From the NCBI RefSeq assembly GCF_009914755.1, contig NC_060933.1: DNA of 64,000 bases; one strand, written 5' to 3'. Both the position numbers and the translations under genes were made by a program. Positions 30,093 through 43,533 of this stretch are shown piece by piece. The notes beneath the pieces were generated by a model that was given only the letters and a program-made list of their open reading frames with translations, was not told the DNA's origin and did no database searches. Position 1 is the stretch's first letter, and each line of letters begins with the position of its first letter. The DNA is from the human T2T-CHM13v2.0 reference genome, Homo sapiens.

Positions 30093-30329
30093 CTGAATTC
30101 TCCAGGTCCTTATAAGCTTCGGCCCAAGACTTGGCCATGTTGGCCAGCGTGTACTCCATGATCTGGATGTCCGTGATGGGGCAGTTGCACTGCGGAAACT
30201 CCTCGGCACATTGGCAGCGACACTGGCTGTTCTGGCACAGGTACTCCCCCTCCCCATTGCACATGATATAGCTCAAGGCCGACTGGACAAACTTCTCTTG
30301 CAGATACTGAGGAAAGATTATCTGAAGAC
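30093..30329 (-). CDS. BRINP1: BRINP1 coding exon (exon 6, 237 bp), cysteine-rich/EGF-like segment: (G)[78 protein letters not shown]
   Basis: Acceptor cacacag|GT, donor TCAG|gtagag. Inside ORF 30052..30408. Confidence 0.96.
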
Positions 30330-30689
30330 CTGTGTGAGAATAGCAAGAAGGGAAAACAGAAAGGTTTAAAAAAAGGTGTTTCATTAACAATTTCCAAAGG
30401 TGATACATAGGAATCTGAAGCTGCTACATTTCTCCCTGTGTATTGGAACCAATATATTTCTGGGCCAACCTAGATCCAGACAGGGTATTATTGGTGAGGC
30501 TTCCAGTTGCATCACTTTTACTTAAACTTCTCAGGTCATGACTTTGGCCATCTCTGAAAGGCATACTCTATTCTGTTATAGTAGGACTGAGGCTAGAGCC
30601 ACATATGGTATATACCTTTTCCATTTGTGGAGAAAACTCTTATTGAAAATATAACATTATTGTTTATTATTCTTTATTTCCTCAAGTGC

Positions 30690-31260
30690 TTTCCTTAAGT
30701 ATTTATATAAACCCTATTTATGAAACACAAGTTCTGAGCTAGGCACTAGGCCTGTAGAGATAAAAAAAAAAAAAAGACACAATCCTTGCCCTTGGGGAGT
30801 TTACAATATAATCAGCAGGCGTAGACATGGACGCACATCATCATAACATGGCTTTATAGACCTATAGCAGAGAGAGCCATATGAGGCAAATGAACAGCAG
30901 AAGACTGCAAATAACATTGTTTAGATAGCAGGGAAACCTTCATAGAGGAGACAGAATTTGGGCTGGTTGAAAAGCAAGTAAGAGAACACTAGGTTAAAAG
31001 AAGAACAGGAAGGACATTCTTAAAAGAGGAAAGGCATCATGTGTCTGGAAATTCCTAGTGAAGAAATGAACTTGGATGAATGGAGGTGCTCGTGCTGTAG
31101 AAAATAGCTGTAGAGAGGGACAGAGGCCAGTGTGCAAAGGGCTTTATTATATGCTAGGGAATTTGGACATTATTCTGTGGATCATAGGTACACATTGGTA
31201 GTTTTGAAGGGTACGAGTAACATAATTAGAGTGATATAATTTAATAGGACCACTGTAACA
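30690..31260 (-). mobile_element. L2 fragment
   Basis: AGACACAATCCTTGCCCTTGGGGAGTTTACA; GAATTTGGACATTATTCT. Confidence 0.55.
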
Positions 31261-31962
31261 TAAAAACTAACACATCACTAGACACAAGCATCACTAGATA
31301 ATTAATTTTCTCTTCTTTGCTCTAACAGTGAGGAAGCCATGGTCTACCAATAGGAAGTGACCAGCCCATGGTTACAGGATTAGCACTCTGGATTACATCT
31401 CATGATCCTCTCTTTATACTTGAATATTCAAAGTCTTAATACAGAGAGCCAATGATAGAGAAGGATTTATTTGGACATGAGCACTACTCTGGTACCTATG
31501 AAAAGTCAGCAGAGTGGTCTATTGTCTGTGGTGCCCAGAGAGAAGGACAGATCTGGGCTAACTTAATTCATTAGGGCACTTTCGCTTAGGACATTTCTCT
31601 CCACCTCATTTGGAGCTGCAAACAGTTTTAGCTTCCAATATGAGGTAATGGTTCTACTACTCACTGTGTAAAAGAGAACTGTATTCTTATTTGGATTATT
31701 TTTTTTCTCATTTATGCTTCAGGGACACTCCTTAATCCAACTCATCAGGGATTTGCTCAACAAGGTCAGCATTTCTTCCATTTTCTATTCACAGTTGTTT
31801 CTAGATTTTTATCTTTTTTCCATTTTCTTCAGGTTTTATATATACTTAAATAAGCCCCATCCTTTCAACCTGTCTTCACATGGCAGCTAAAAGAGAATAT
31901 TTTCAGAGGGACATTGTGGGAAAGAAGATGATTCCTCCAGCATGCCTTATGGCAGGACACCA

Positions 31963-32070
31963 CACGCTGTAGTCAAAAACCTGGGCATGGCTGCACTGCA
32001 TGCTGTAGTCAGAAACCTGGGCATGGCTGCACTGCACGGTGTGGTCAAAAACCTGGGCAGGGCTGCACTG
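31963..32070. repeat. Minisatellite, 36 bp x 3
   Basis: Unit CACGCTGTAGTCAAAAACCTGGGCATGGCTGCACTG starting at 31963, 31999 and 32035; 2-3 mismatches per copy. Confidence 0.95.
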
Positions 32071-32672
32071 GCTCCTCTTCTTACTACCTAAGTCATCTCA
32101 AGCAAAATATTCAGCCTGCCTGTTAGGTTCCACTTAGTATCTATGTACAAAGATTATTGAGAGGACTACATGAAAGAATGCCTACAAATTATCTGGAAAA
32201 GCTCCTGGCACATAGCAAGCAAACAATAAATGTTGTCTGTTCTTATTTTTGATGTGATGACGATGACGATATTGATGATGATGCCACTCCTCTGATTAAA
32301 GTGGTTAAAGGTTTAACAAAACCTTCAGGATTAATGAAAGAAAAACAGGTGTGGGTGTATAATCAAAAGGCAGTCTTCACATATTTGCAGAGCTTTGATA
32401 AGCAGGAGGGTTTAGAATTCTGTGCCTGTTGAACCAGCATTGGTGACAGGGCTGTTGAGAAAGGTGTATATGTCAATATGCATGGAAGGGATTCTAGCAG
32501 ATTAAGCTATACAGTTGAACAACGGGCTGCTGTGAGACTGAGTGAGCTCCACATTGATGAGCAATGAGTCCGTATGGGTTTGAGTGACTGTTTGGGAGGG
32601 CTACTGTACAAGGGCATAACACACATACCAAAACGTGAGGTAAAACAAATCAAGAATAAAGTCCCTTCTGAA

Positions 32673-32726
32673 CTGAGTCTACAATTCTTTCAGAGTGTGC
32701 AATTCTTTCTGAGTCTACAATTCTTT
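32673..32726. repeat. Tandem repeat, 18 bp x 3
   Basis: CTGAGTCTACAATTCTTT / CAGAGTGTGCAATTCTTT / CTGAGTCTACAATTCTTT. Confidence 0.9.
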
Positions 32727-33482
32727 TAGTCATTTTATCTATATCACCATTTTCTCTTCTAGAGCCAAATTTATTTTTAGCTGATCCCAATCCCCCATAG
32801 GCAACTGGGTGTATGGATCGGGGTTAAGTTTCTGTTGCTTAAAGGAACTCTACAGACTATATTCTCAGTTCTATTTTTCTAGCTTGCTCATCATTTTCTT
32901 TCTCCCTTCTGTAGGGGATAAAATATTCTATTCTTGGTCCCAGCCCAAAAGGAATTTGGGGAGAGCATTTATAGAAAATTGCGTCAAATCATTTTTCCAT
33001 TTGGCAAGGATACAAAAGGCAGTATTACCTACCCCATTTAATGCAACTGAAAACAGATGAAGTTTGGGGTTGGGGGGTTTCTGGGAGCAGCTAAAATACA
33101 AAACTGGCTGCTCTTTAAAAATGGAAACTCAGAACATGCCGAGCTGTCTTGGAGGCAGAATCTCCTGGGCAATTTCGAAAGAGAACAATGAAGACATAGC
33201 AATTAAAAAGCACTTTTCTGTAAAATGTCATTACTGTTTAAAGTTACATAACCATTTCTACGGCAGCGGAGGTTCACACAGCAGTCACAGACAGAGTCGT
33301 CTCCTGATGGCCTGTGTCCAACAAAGAGGCCCAGTGCTGAACTCCTACATGGGCGCCTGAATCCTGCCTGCTTCAATGGGAACCATAAATAATTTGGAGG
33401 GGGATTTGGCTTGTGAAACCACTGTTTGAAAGATATACAGCTGCCGGCTGGGGTGAAATATTCTGTCCCCACAGTTCCCAAA

Positions 33483-33570
33483 GACACAACACACAGACAC
33501 ACAGACACACACACACACACGGAGAGAAAGAGAGAGAGAGAAAAGAAAACTGAGAAAATGAGAGAGAAAA
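33483..33570. repeat. Compound (CA)n-(GA)n microsatellite
   Basis: Read directly from the sequence. Confidence 0.9.
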
Positions 33571-34365
33571 GGGCTACTGTTATTGCCAAGCATATAAATT
33601 TTGCCTTAGAAAACCCAGGCAGGCAATAGTTGAGAGTTTTATTTGAACATCAACTCACCCACACTGAACATATGGAATATTTTTCTCCCAATCTTTTTAT
33701 ATATTAAAATAATCTTGTTATAATTTAAAATGGAATGTTTCACTGTTCTGCAGAGCATGTGGGCAATGTATATGTGGGAACACCCAAGATGTCTTCCTTC
33801 TCTTTTCCTGATTTGTGCCTCATTCTTTTTCCTTTCAATTCACCTTCGACAGGTGCATCTCACAATATTTTTTGTAGCTTGTATACAGTCTTTGTGTGCT
33901 GAGATATTATTTCTCTTTCTCTGTGTCACATGATGGGATATCTCTATTTCCTTGCCTCCCTCCTTCCTCTTATCTCCTAATATTCTCTTCTGTACTGAGA
34001 ATACATCAGAAAAACCCTGCCTTTTTTTCAGTACCTGCAATACACACATCAATATTGTTCCTCCCATAATCTTTGCACTTGCGTTTCCCTGTGCACCGAA
34101 TATTCTCTCCTCAGATTTCTGCTTGATCCCTTGTCCTATAATCCAGACCCTCCCAGACCCAGGTTAAAAGGCATCTTCAATTTTTTTCATAGGATTAATT
34201 CCTGGCTGAAATTATCTTTTGAATTTGTTTTATTTCTAATAGTTTTTCTATCATCCCCATTAGAGAGTAGGCTCTAGGGAAGAAGGGACCTGTCTGCCCT
34301 CTAAGGGCCCCCAGAGTATAAACTAAGGTCAAGCCCAGTGTAGGCTCCAGGCACTCATTTGTTGA

Positions 34366-34609
<244 letters not shown>

Positions 34610-35012
34610 TAACAGTCAAAGGAACTTTGAACTTTAAACACTTCCTCCTGCAAGGAGGAAGTGTTGACTTTGAACTTTAAACGCTTCCTTCTCCAAGATG
34701 AAAAGAAAGTGCCTCACGAGGCTTCTGAGGTGTTAGAATTTAAAAATCAGGTGACCTGGCCAAAGTCTCACAACTAAGGTAACAGAACCAGGACTCCAAT
34801 CTAGGAATTCAACTTGAGTTCTGACACACTCGAGGGTGACCTGGCTTACAACCCCTGTGGTGGCTCCAGCACAGTTGAGACCTCTGGCAATGTTTTATAC
34901 CCCCTGAAACTCAGGGATTTTTTTTTTTTTTTTTTGGCTATGAGGTTGAAACCCCAATCTCCTTGTATACTAACAAAGAGAGAAAAGGCATAAACTTAAG
35001 CCACAACTCGGC

Positions 35013-35378
35013 TGCCATGGACTGCATGTTTGCGCTCCCTGTCCCCTGCATACATACATTCATATGCCAAAACCCTCACTTGCAATGCCATGGTATAAGA
35101 AGCCGGAAACTTAGGAAAGTCATTAGGTTTAGATGAGGTCATGTGGGTGGTGCCCTTGTGATGGGACTAGTGCCCTTATAAGAAAAGGAAGAGATGGGAG
35201 AAGAGACAGCTTGTAGCTGTCTACAAGCCAGGAAGCAGTCCCTCCCTCACCAGACACCATATCTGCTGGTACTTGATCTTAGACTTCCCAGCATCCAGAC
35301 CTGTGACAAATAATTTCCTTTTGTGTAAGCCACCCAGTCTGTGAAATTTTGTTACAGCAGCCTGAGCAGACCAAGACA
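35013..35378 (+). mobile_element. MLT1A-like solo LTR
   Basis: TGCCATGGACTG start; GATGGGACTAGTGCCCTTATAAGA; GCAGCCTGAGCAGACCAAGACA end. Confidence 0.8.
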
Positions 35379-35814
35379 CTGTCATAATTAAGTGTTCAAC
35401 AAATGTTAGGTTGCCCCCCATTTAACTAGATATCAGATCACATTCATTACCTGGACCAAACTTGAACCCTTCTTGAAAAATCCTCCTTGAATAGCACCAT
35501 TTGAGCCAGTATAAAACATGCTAAGAATGCATTTTCTTATATGAGGATTAAAATAATTATTATTGGTCTTCGTTTTTAATCACTCCATCATTTTTCTTCT
35601 ATTAATTTTCCTTCCTTCCTTCCTGTTTTCCTTCTTTCCTCATTTTCTTCCCTCCTTCCTTCTTCCCATTTATCTTTCCTTTCTTTCTTCCCATCTTTCT
35701 GCTTCCCTTCTTTCACACATATTCCTGAAGCCCTACTATGTGCCAGGCAGCTGTGCTGTGGATACTAGGGTGAATGAGGCAGACAACTCCCTCTTGTTGT
35801 AGGTCTTACTGTTT

Positions 35815-35817
<3 letters not shown>

Positions 35818-35875
<58 letters not shown>
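35818..35875. repeat. (GA)n microsatellite, about 25 units
   Basis: Nearly pure GA run. Confidence 0.97.
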
Positions 35876-38104
35876 TGTAAACTAGTTGCTTGGATGCAAT
35901 GAAACCAGTATTCTATGAGAAGTACAAGTTTTTCAGGGAACACAGGGAAAGAACAATGAACTCAGCATGGACTGGATTAGGGGTGTTAAAAGCACTCTCC
36001 ACTCTCCTAGGGGGTAGCATTTAAGCTGAGACCTAATGGATACAAGGGCACTAGGGGATGAGGGATCCACAGAAAGAGTAGTCTAGACAGCGGGAAGAGC
36101 ATGGAAAAGGCCACGGGCATAGAACTCCTTCCAGCTGAGAATCAACTTGGCCCTCACATTTCTTTCTGACTAAGGTTCGTCTTCTTTTGTTTGTTTGCTT
36201 ACAAGTTCCCTAGAAAAGAAAAGAAAGAGTACTTGCACACAAGAGATCAAAATTTTGAAGGGAAGGGTGACACAAAGCAGAAATCTGTGAGCTCCTTAGA
36301 GGAAATAGCATTTCTTATAGTACAAGAAAGATCTTTATTCATTATAAGATGGGATTCTGAGACTCAGGAAAAAAATGGGGCTCACTGTGTTATTGAGTTT
36401 CAACCACTGGGAGTACTCAAGTAACAGAAGAACTTTAGGGGACCCTCAAGTTGGATCTCTGGAGACCTTCAACAACATTGATGATATTGCTAGCAGGCAC
36501 TTGGATCAACTGACCATGCTCTGTGAGGCTGGGGAAAGAAGAATATCTGGAAAAGATAACTGGGAAAGAAGATCCAATCAACAGAAGCTGAAGGTGAACC
36601 TAAGACCTGAAGATTATAGCCCAATCTTCATCGCTGACTTTGATTCTGCTCTTTTGCTGACAGGAACTCAGCTTGTTTCTCCTTTTAACAAGTAGTACAT
36701 TAGGAATTGTTGGAGGAAATAAGAGGTTTAATGCATGCTTCCCACCTCCTAAAGAAACAGAGAGGTTACTCAGATATTGAAAACTAAAGCAAAAAAAAAA
36801 TTCAAGAACGGGAAAGAAAGTCCTTGATTGATGATTAAAACATTAAAAGTAGTATTGTGTCTGGCACATAGTAGGTTTTTATAAATGTATTTCAAGTATT
36901 GAATAAGTCAGTGATCTATTATGAAGACGAAAGAAAATAGGCCTGGAAATAATGAATATGGAAGACTTTGTAATGGCTGTGGGATGTGGGCTGAATCTTG
37001 AAACATGAGCATGGTCTGAATAGGTAGATAAAGAAAGTGAACTCAGTATGCCATAGCAGAGGGCATAATTTGGGTCAATCTAAGCCTTTCTTATGCAAGG
37101 CAAAGACCATGCATTGTCATAGGTTGTTTTTGGTAAGCTTTATTTTGTTTTATTCTATATCCTAATTACCTAATACAGTGGTATTTTTGATGGATTTGCT
37201 CTTTTCTGACCTATTTCATTAGATATTAAATACACGATTTCTTACAGTGCCAAGGGAAGAAGGAAAAAACACAGGTTCTATTTTAGTTGAATATAAATAT
37301 TTTTCTATCCTGTTCTTGTATCAGAATGTGCCCCCTGTAGATATCTCTGAGCTTTATAGGAGCCCCAGCTGTTGTCTTGTACCACTAAGTTCTGCTTGTC
37401 AAATTCTGTCCATTTCCGAAATGCACAAGGTGAGGAGAACAACAGCAAGGACTGCACCTTTTGCAAAAAGTCAGCCTGATCCCCTTCCTTGTGAAAGCCC
37501 AGGGATTTCAGACTGGCAGATAAAGGACTTTATGGCTCCAACAGCCATGCTGAACTCCAGTGTAATGAAGGCATGCAGGTCAATTACCCATCTGTTTGTG
37601 TTTCTATTGCTGTGAATTACAGTATCCATCGCTGACAGCTCATTGGAGTGGAATGAAAATAAGACAATAATTCACCGGGTGAAACTGTGCAGAAAGGGCG
37701 AAAAGGCTATGATCTCATTCAGAAGTTCAGCTCTGTCTCCATGATGGGTCATTTACACTCTGGAAAATGAGGAAAGGCAGATACCTGGGGGTTGGTGAGT
37801 GGGTTCCTGCTTCCTTGATATAAGAATTCGGAAATGTCCCCTCCTGGTTAGAGTAATCTTTTGTGTTTGTAAATAAAATCATCTGCTCTGCAGGATCTTA
37901 AGAAGATTTGGAATCCTTAGGTGAAAGATACAGGTATATGGAATTCAGCACAATAAAATCACCTTTTCAGCAATCAGACGTTTCAAAGGATGAAGCAGGT
38001 TGCTTTGGTAGCAGAGGACTCCCCAACACTGGAAGTGTGGAAGCAGAGTTTGAAAGGTGACATGGCACAAACAAATCTTGGTTCCATCAAAGATTCAGAT
38101 GGCA

Positions 38105-38476
38105 GGTGGTAGGGTGGGTTATCATTGACCCACATTCAGTGCTCCTTCTTATAATGTCCCCTCTTAGAGATAACTACACATCCCCACTCTCCAAACTTAA
38201 AGAAGTTCACATGACATGTTTTGGCCAATGAAATATGAGTGCGAGTGATGTGTGTCTTTTCCAAACAAAGCTATAGAAAACAACATATGAGCTCATCAAT
38301 CTCTCTTTTTACAAGTCCAACAATGTTCCAGATAGGGGCCATCGGAGGAGCAGAATCACAGTAGTACTGTGACCACCATGTAGCATAAGGAAGAAATAAG
38401 CATTCACTTTGGCAAATCACTGAGATTCAGGAATTGTTTGTTAGCACGGCATAACCTAGCTTATACTAACAGATAC
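38105..38476 (+). mobile_element. MLT1J-like solo LTR
   Basis: TTTTGGCCAATGAAAT; TTGTTTGTTAGCACGGCATAACCTAGC...ATACA end. Confidence 0.6.
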
Positions 38477-38650
38477 AGGAGTTGACAAACTATAGCCAAA
38501 TTGACCTGCAGTCTATTTTTATAAACAAATTTTACTGGAACACAGCCATGCAGATAAAAGAGTTGAGTAGTTGCTACAGAGAACATGCGGCCCACAAAGC
38601 CTAAAATATTAATTATCTGGTTCCTAACAGAAAAAGTTTGCCAACTCTTC
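38476..38650 (+). mobile_element. MER58A hAT MITE
   Basis: TTTTACTGGAACACAGCCATGC; GGCCCACAAAGCCTAAAATATT; AAAAAGTTTGCCAAC. Confidence 0.8.
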
Positions 38651-41164
38651 TACTAGATGACCATCAAGATTTTTTCCAACCTGACTTTTCTATGATTCTG
38701 CTCTGTGCTGTTGTTTATTCATTTGTCAAGCAAAGATCAATAAGGCATCCATCATGTGCAGACACTGTTCTAGGTTCTAGAGAAAAGACAAGGAACTAGG
38801 AAAGGCAAGGACACAATCCTTGCTGTCATGGAACCTACCTTGTAGTGAGGGAGATAAGACAACAAATAAATAAATAAAAATAGAAAGGATTTATACTGAT
38901 TAGAGGGGTTGGGCCAGAGGGACTTCCAAATGAGAATTTTAACTTCAAAAAAAGATAATATAGCTTAATTTATGAAATCACCAAGGATAAGGAAGCCAGC
39001 ATACTTTTTTTTTCAATTTCATAAAATTTCAACATGAACATGTTCTTGAAGCTTTAAGAAGAGGTTGGTTCAATTTAAATATAAGCTTCTTCACAGAAGT
39101 CATGATACAAACCAAATTTGGTACCTGTAAGAGTCTGTGCTACCTGATCCCTGGATCAGCTGATGTCTTCAAATTATTCTCTTACCCATCTCCCTTCTTT
39201 TTCTTGTTATATCCTGCCATACCATTATCTCTGTTCTCCAAGCATGCCAAGTTCTCTCCTGTTCACATTTTGCCTTCAGCTCTCACTAACTGTTTGACCT
39301 TGAAGAAGCTAAGAGGCTTAACTTCTCTGATCCCCAGTTTTCTTATCAAAGCTTCTTTCATAAAGCTAGTGTAAAAATTAAATGAGCTATTTTATATCTT
39401 GATTGTGGTGGGGGTTACATAACTGAATATGCTTGTCAAATTCATAGAAGAGTCCACCTCAAAAGGGTATATTTGGCTGTATGTAAATTATATGTCAATG
39501 AACCTGAAAATAAAATAACATAAATAGCACTTGTGGAGCTCTTAGTACAGGGTAGTTGTTTAAGTGACATTATTTTCTGACCTTGCCCTGTTTTCTATTC
39601 CTTTCTCCAGAAGTCTTATGTGGTCTCAGGTAGTCTCTCTGCTGGCAACCAAAAGCACCTTGCACATATTTCAAATCCCAATGGGACACTTACAGTATCA
39701 TATGTGTGCTCATGTTCATGTCTCTCCTACTCTATAAGCTTCTTGAATGCAAAACACAGCTCATTCATCTACCATTTCCCTGTCATCTAGCACAGTATTG
39801 AGTACCCAGAGTACGTGTTTGAATGAAGGCAATTTTAGACAGAATGTGTTTCAGAGAGGACTGTGGTTCTGTCTTCTATGTTTAGCATGCCCCATCTCTA
39901 CAGCCATCCCTCATTAGCAAAACCTGTATCTTCTTTCACAATATTACAGCTTGAGACACGAGGCTTTTTAAATTTCATCTCAGTAGTTACAGACATGTGC
40001 TCAGAAAGATCTGAGTAAAAAAATACATAGGCACAAAGATATTCTTAAGAGAACAATGGTGCTAAAAGACTTGGCCACTAACTTCAGCAAATAATTTGTT
40101 ATGGATCCATTGCTATAGATTATGATTCTTGAGGACAATAACTTTATCTCTTTTTTTTGCATTCTTTCCAAGGTAACAAGCCCAGTGCTAGATCATAGTA
40201 GGTATGCAAAAATTAAAGTACTCAATTGAACATCTATTAAGAAAGTCCTTTCATTTACCACTTTATTAAGCCAGTTCTGTACTGGATGCTAGAGATACAA
40301 AAAGTGAATATGACATGGTTTATGGCCTCATGGGGCTCTAGTTTGGCACTAGAAAAAGATTTATAAATGTAAAATGACAATAAAATATATGCATACATAT
40401 GCACGAGTTTGCATAGGAACAAAAAAGAAGACCTCTCTAACTTTTATAATAGTAGAGGAGTTTGGGAAAGTCATTTTGTACAGGATTGAACCTGAATAGT
40501 ATATATGGTCCAGCATTTGCCAAGTTGTATGCCACAGAATCACAAATCTGCAAATATGCCCAAACCCAAATACATTCAGAAAACTCTGTACTTAATTCAC
40601 CTCTTTAGACTCATAATACATATTAGCACAGTCAAGACACTGAGAAGTCCTGCAGTAAATAAATGTGGTTTATGTTATTTAATCCAGTGTTTTAATATTA
40701 GGGCACTTTTGCTAAATTACTGTGTGGTAACGAATAACCTCAAAATCCCAGTGGCTTATAACCACAAAGGTTGATTTGTTGCTCATATTTCGTGTCAGCT
40801 GTGCTTTGGCTCTGCTCCAGATGTCTTCTTCATTTCAGATGTAGGCTAAAGGTGCAGCCTTTTTTCAGGAATATGCCATTCTTATGATAAAGGGAAAAGA
40901 GCAAAAGCCATGCCAGACAATGTCTCCTAAAGTGTCTTGCCCAAATGTGTCATGTACCATGTCTCTCACATTCCATTGTCCAAAGCAAATCACATGGACA
41001 AGGCCAATGTCACTAAAATGGAAAGTCACAGAGCCTCCCACAGTGCAGTGCTGCCAGTCACATGGAAATGCACTGTATGTATATAATCCTCTTAGAGGAA
41101 ACGAACAATAATGTAATAATGAAATCTGCCACAAAATACACTTATTTTTACACCAAATCTTTTT

Positions 41165-42080
41165 TTAATTTAATTACCATATGATTCAGCAATTTTACTC
41201 TTAAGTATATATTCAAAAGAACTGTAGACAAGCATTCAAATGAAAACTTGTAAATGAATGTTCATAGCAGCACTATTCATAGTAGTCAAAGGTGGAAACA
41301 ACCCTAAATGTCCACTGACCAATAAATGAAAAACTAAAATGTAGTATATGTATACAATGAAGTATTAATTCTGCCATAAAACGGAATGAAGTACTGATAC
41401 ATGCTACAACATAGATGAACCTTGAAAATGTAAAATGGAGGAAGCCAGACACAAAATACCACATATTGTATGATTCCATTGATTTGAAATACAGTTATCC
41501 CTTGGTATCTGCAGGGGATTGGTCCTAGAATCCCACCCTCCCACCACCCTCTGATACCAAAATCCATGAATGCTCAAGTCCCTTATATAAAATAGCATAG
41601 TATTTGCATATACGCTCCACATATCCTTTTTTATACTTTAAATAATCCCTAGATTACTTATGATACTTAATACAATGTAAATGCTATGTAACTGCTGTTA
41701 CACTGTACTAACTTTTTGTACTTTTTATTGTTGTATTATTATTATTAATTTTTAAATAGTCTCTATCTGGTTGGTTGAAGCCACAGACCCAGAACCCACG
41801 GATATGGAACTCAAGGGTATAGAGGGCAGACTGCAACCAGAATAGGCAAATCTATAGAGGCAGAAAGCAGATTAGTAGTTATCAGGGGCTGAAGGGAAGG
41901 GGAAATAGAGAATAACTGCTTAGGGGGTATAGAGTTTGTTTTGGGGGTTGTGTAAAGTTGTAGAAATAGTAAGGATATTTGCACAACATTGTGAATGTAC
42001 TGTTGCTAAATTTAACACTTAAAAATGATTAAAGTGTTAAATTTTATGTTGTGTATATTTTGCAACAATAAACAAATAAG
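41165..42080 (+). mobile_element. L1MB-like 3' fragment interrupted by MER2
   Basis: ORF2 C-terminal and 3'UTR motifs (ATGTTCATAGCAGCACTATTCATAG, CCAGAATAGGCAAATCTATAGAG). Confidence 0.85.
41492..41833 (+). mobile_element. MER2 (Tigger MITE)
   Basis: TA|CAGTTATCCCTTGGTATC ... GGGTATAGAGGGCAGACTG termini. Confidence 0.88.
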
Positions 42081-43445
42081 ATTCAAAACAAATCGATTCG
42101 ACAGTTCAAATAACTTTAAACCGTAAACATTTATTGAGCATCTACTATAAGCTAAACACTATGAGAAAGAGAAGCAAATAATGAACAAATGAAAAAGCAT
42201 ATGGTTTCTCCTCTCAGCGATCTCAGTTACAATTTAGTGGCAGATGTGTACAATTGTACACATAAGACAAGACAGAATGTATCTGGAATATAATAGAGGC
42301 ACATTAAAAATGCTTTGTTGACAGTGCAAAAGGAGAGCTTAATTCTAAGGTAAGTTGTTAGGAAGAAGATAAGAAGTGGCCCAATCATCTTAAAAAATAA
42401 ACAGGCACCATATCTCCATGGAGTCAATAAACTAATTATCATGGGTAACTTATTTAGGTTTTGGCCATCCTGATGCCTCATTTCTGCACAATCAATGAGA
42501 TCGACAAGGAATCTAATGGGACATGGTTGTTAAATAGACCAAATTGCCACATCAACCATTTATCTCTCACGATTTCCATGCTGCGTACTTGGCCACAAGT
42601 TTATTTGAAAGGTATAGCCCCACATGGCTACATACCAAGAAGTAACTCCCTGATACTCCTTCTCTCAGCATCAGTTTATACCCCATCAGTTTGTGCTTGC
42701 TTAGAATTCTTTACTCCTTCCTGCCCAAGTCTGAGTCTTTAAGTTCCCTCCAGATTCCAGGTTTCTGTAGGTCAGAAGCAGCTCTTTTTACAGTCATATA
42801 CTCCTGGGTTGCTGCAAAGCCTAGTATCATCTATTCTAGGGTTTTTTTTGTCTTCTCCGGTTATAGATCCATTTCAGAATATGAGAATAATTATGGAAAT
42901 CGGTCACACCTACACAAGTTGGCAAGTAATTTTAGGAAAATCACAGACTGTCTAAAGTAAATAGCAGAACCTAGAAAGGTTATGGTGCTGGCACATGGAA
43001 AGGGCTATATAAATTCCTGATCTAGTAAAAACCATGACTATTATATATATGCCCCAGGTTGGGAAGCAAAATTATGTAGAGTTTAAGAATACCAGCACTG
43101 AGTGGATCTGGGTTCAAATTCCTGCTCTAAAAGGTAGTTACTTAACTTCTGTGAGCTTCAATTTTCAAATCTGAAAAATGGGACTGTGTTGAGGTTTACA
43201 TGAAATATTCATGTAAAGAAATGAGCTCTATACCTGGCACATGATGATTATTCACAAATAATAGCCGTTATTGTTAGTATTCTTATTTTATGAACCCTCT
43301 TGGTTTTTAGATCAGGTGCTTTCTATGTGATTTCCAAATAAATGAAGAACAATAGCTCTGAGATACATGTGTTCTTATTCCCATTTTACAGATTAAAAGA
43401 CCTAAGGAAGCTCAGAGGCCTAATTAACTAGTCTTTATCACTGGC

Positions 43446-43533
43446 AAATCTTCTCTGCCCATCCTCCTCATTCTATCCGATTTCTAATTAAATCTTCTCT
43501 GCCCATCCTCCTCATTCTATTCGGTTTCTGATT
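43446..43533. repeat. 44-bp tandem duplication
   Basis: AAATCTTCTCTGCCCATCCTCCTCATTCTAT(C/T)CG(A/G)TTTCT(A/G)ATT twice. Confidence 0.93.

Noticed and set aside
30030-30397. ORFs 30030..30257 and 30110..30397 in other frames of exon 6
   Set aside because: Off-frame shadows; only the Cys-rich frame is phase-compatible with the neighbouring exons.
31963-32070. 36-bp repeats as a CRISPR-like array
   Set aside because: The repeats are head-to-tail with no unique spacers, there are no cas genes, and the context is a eukaryotic intron.
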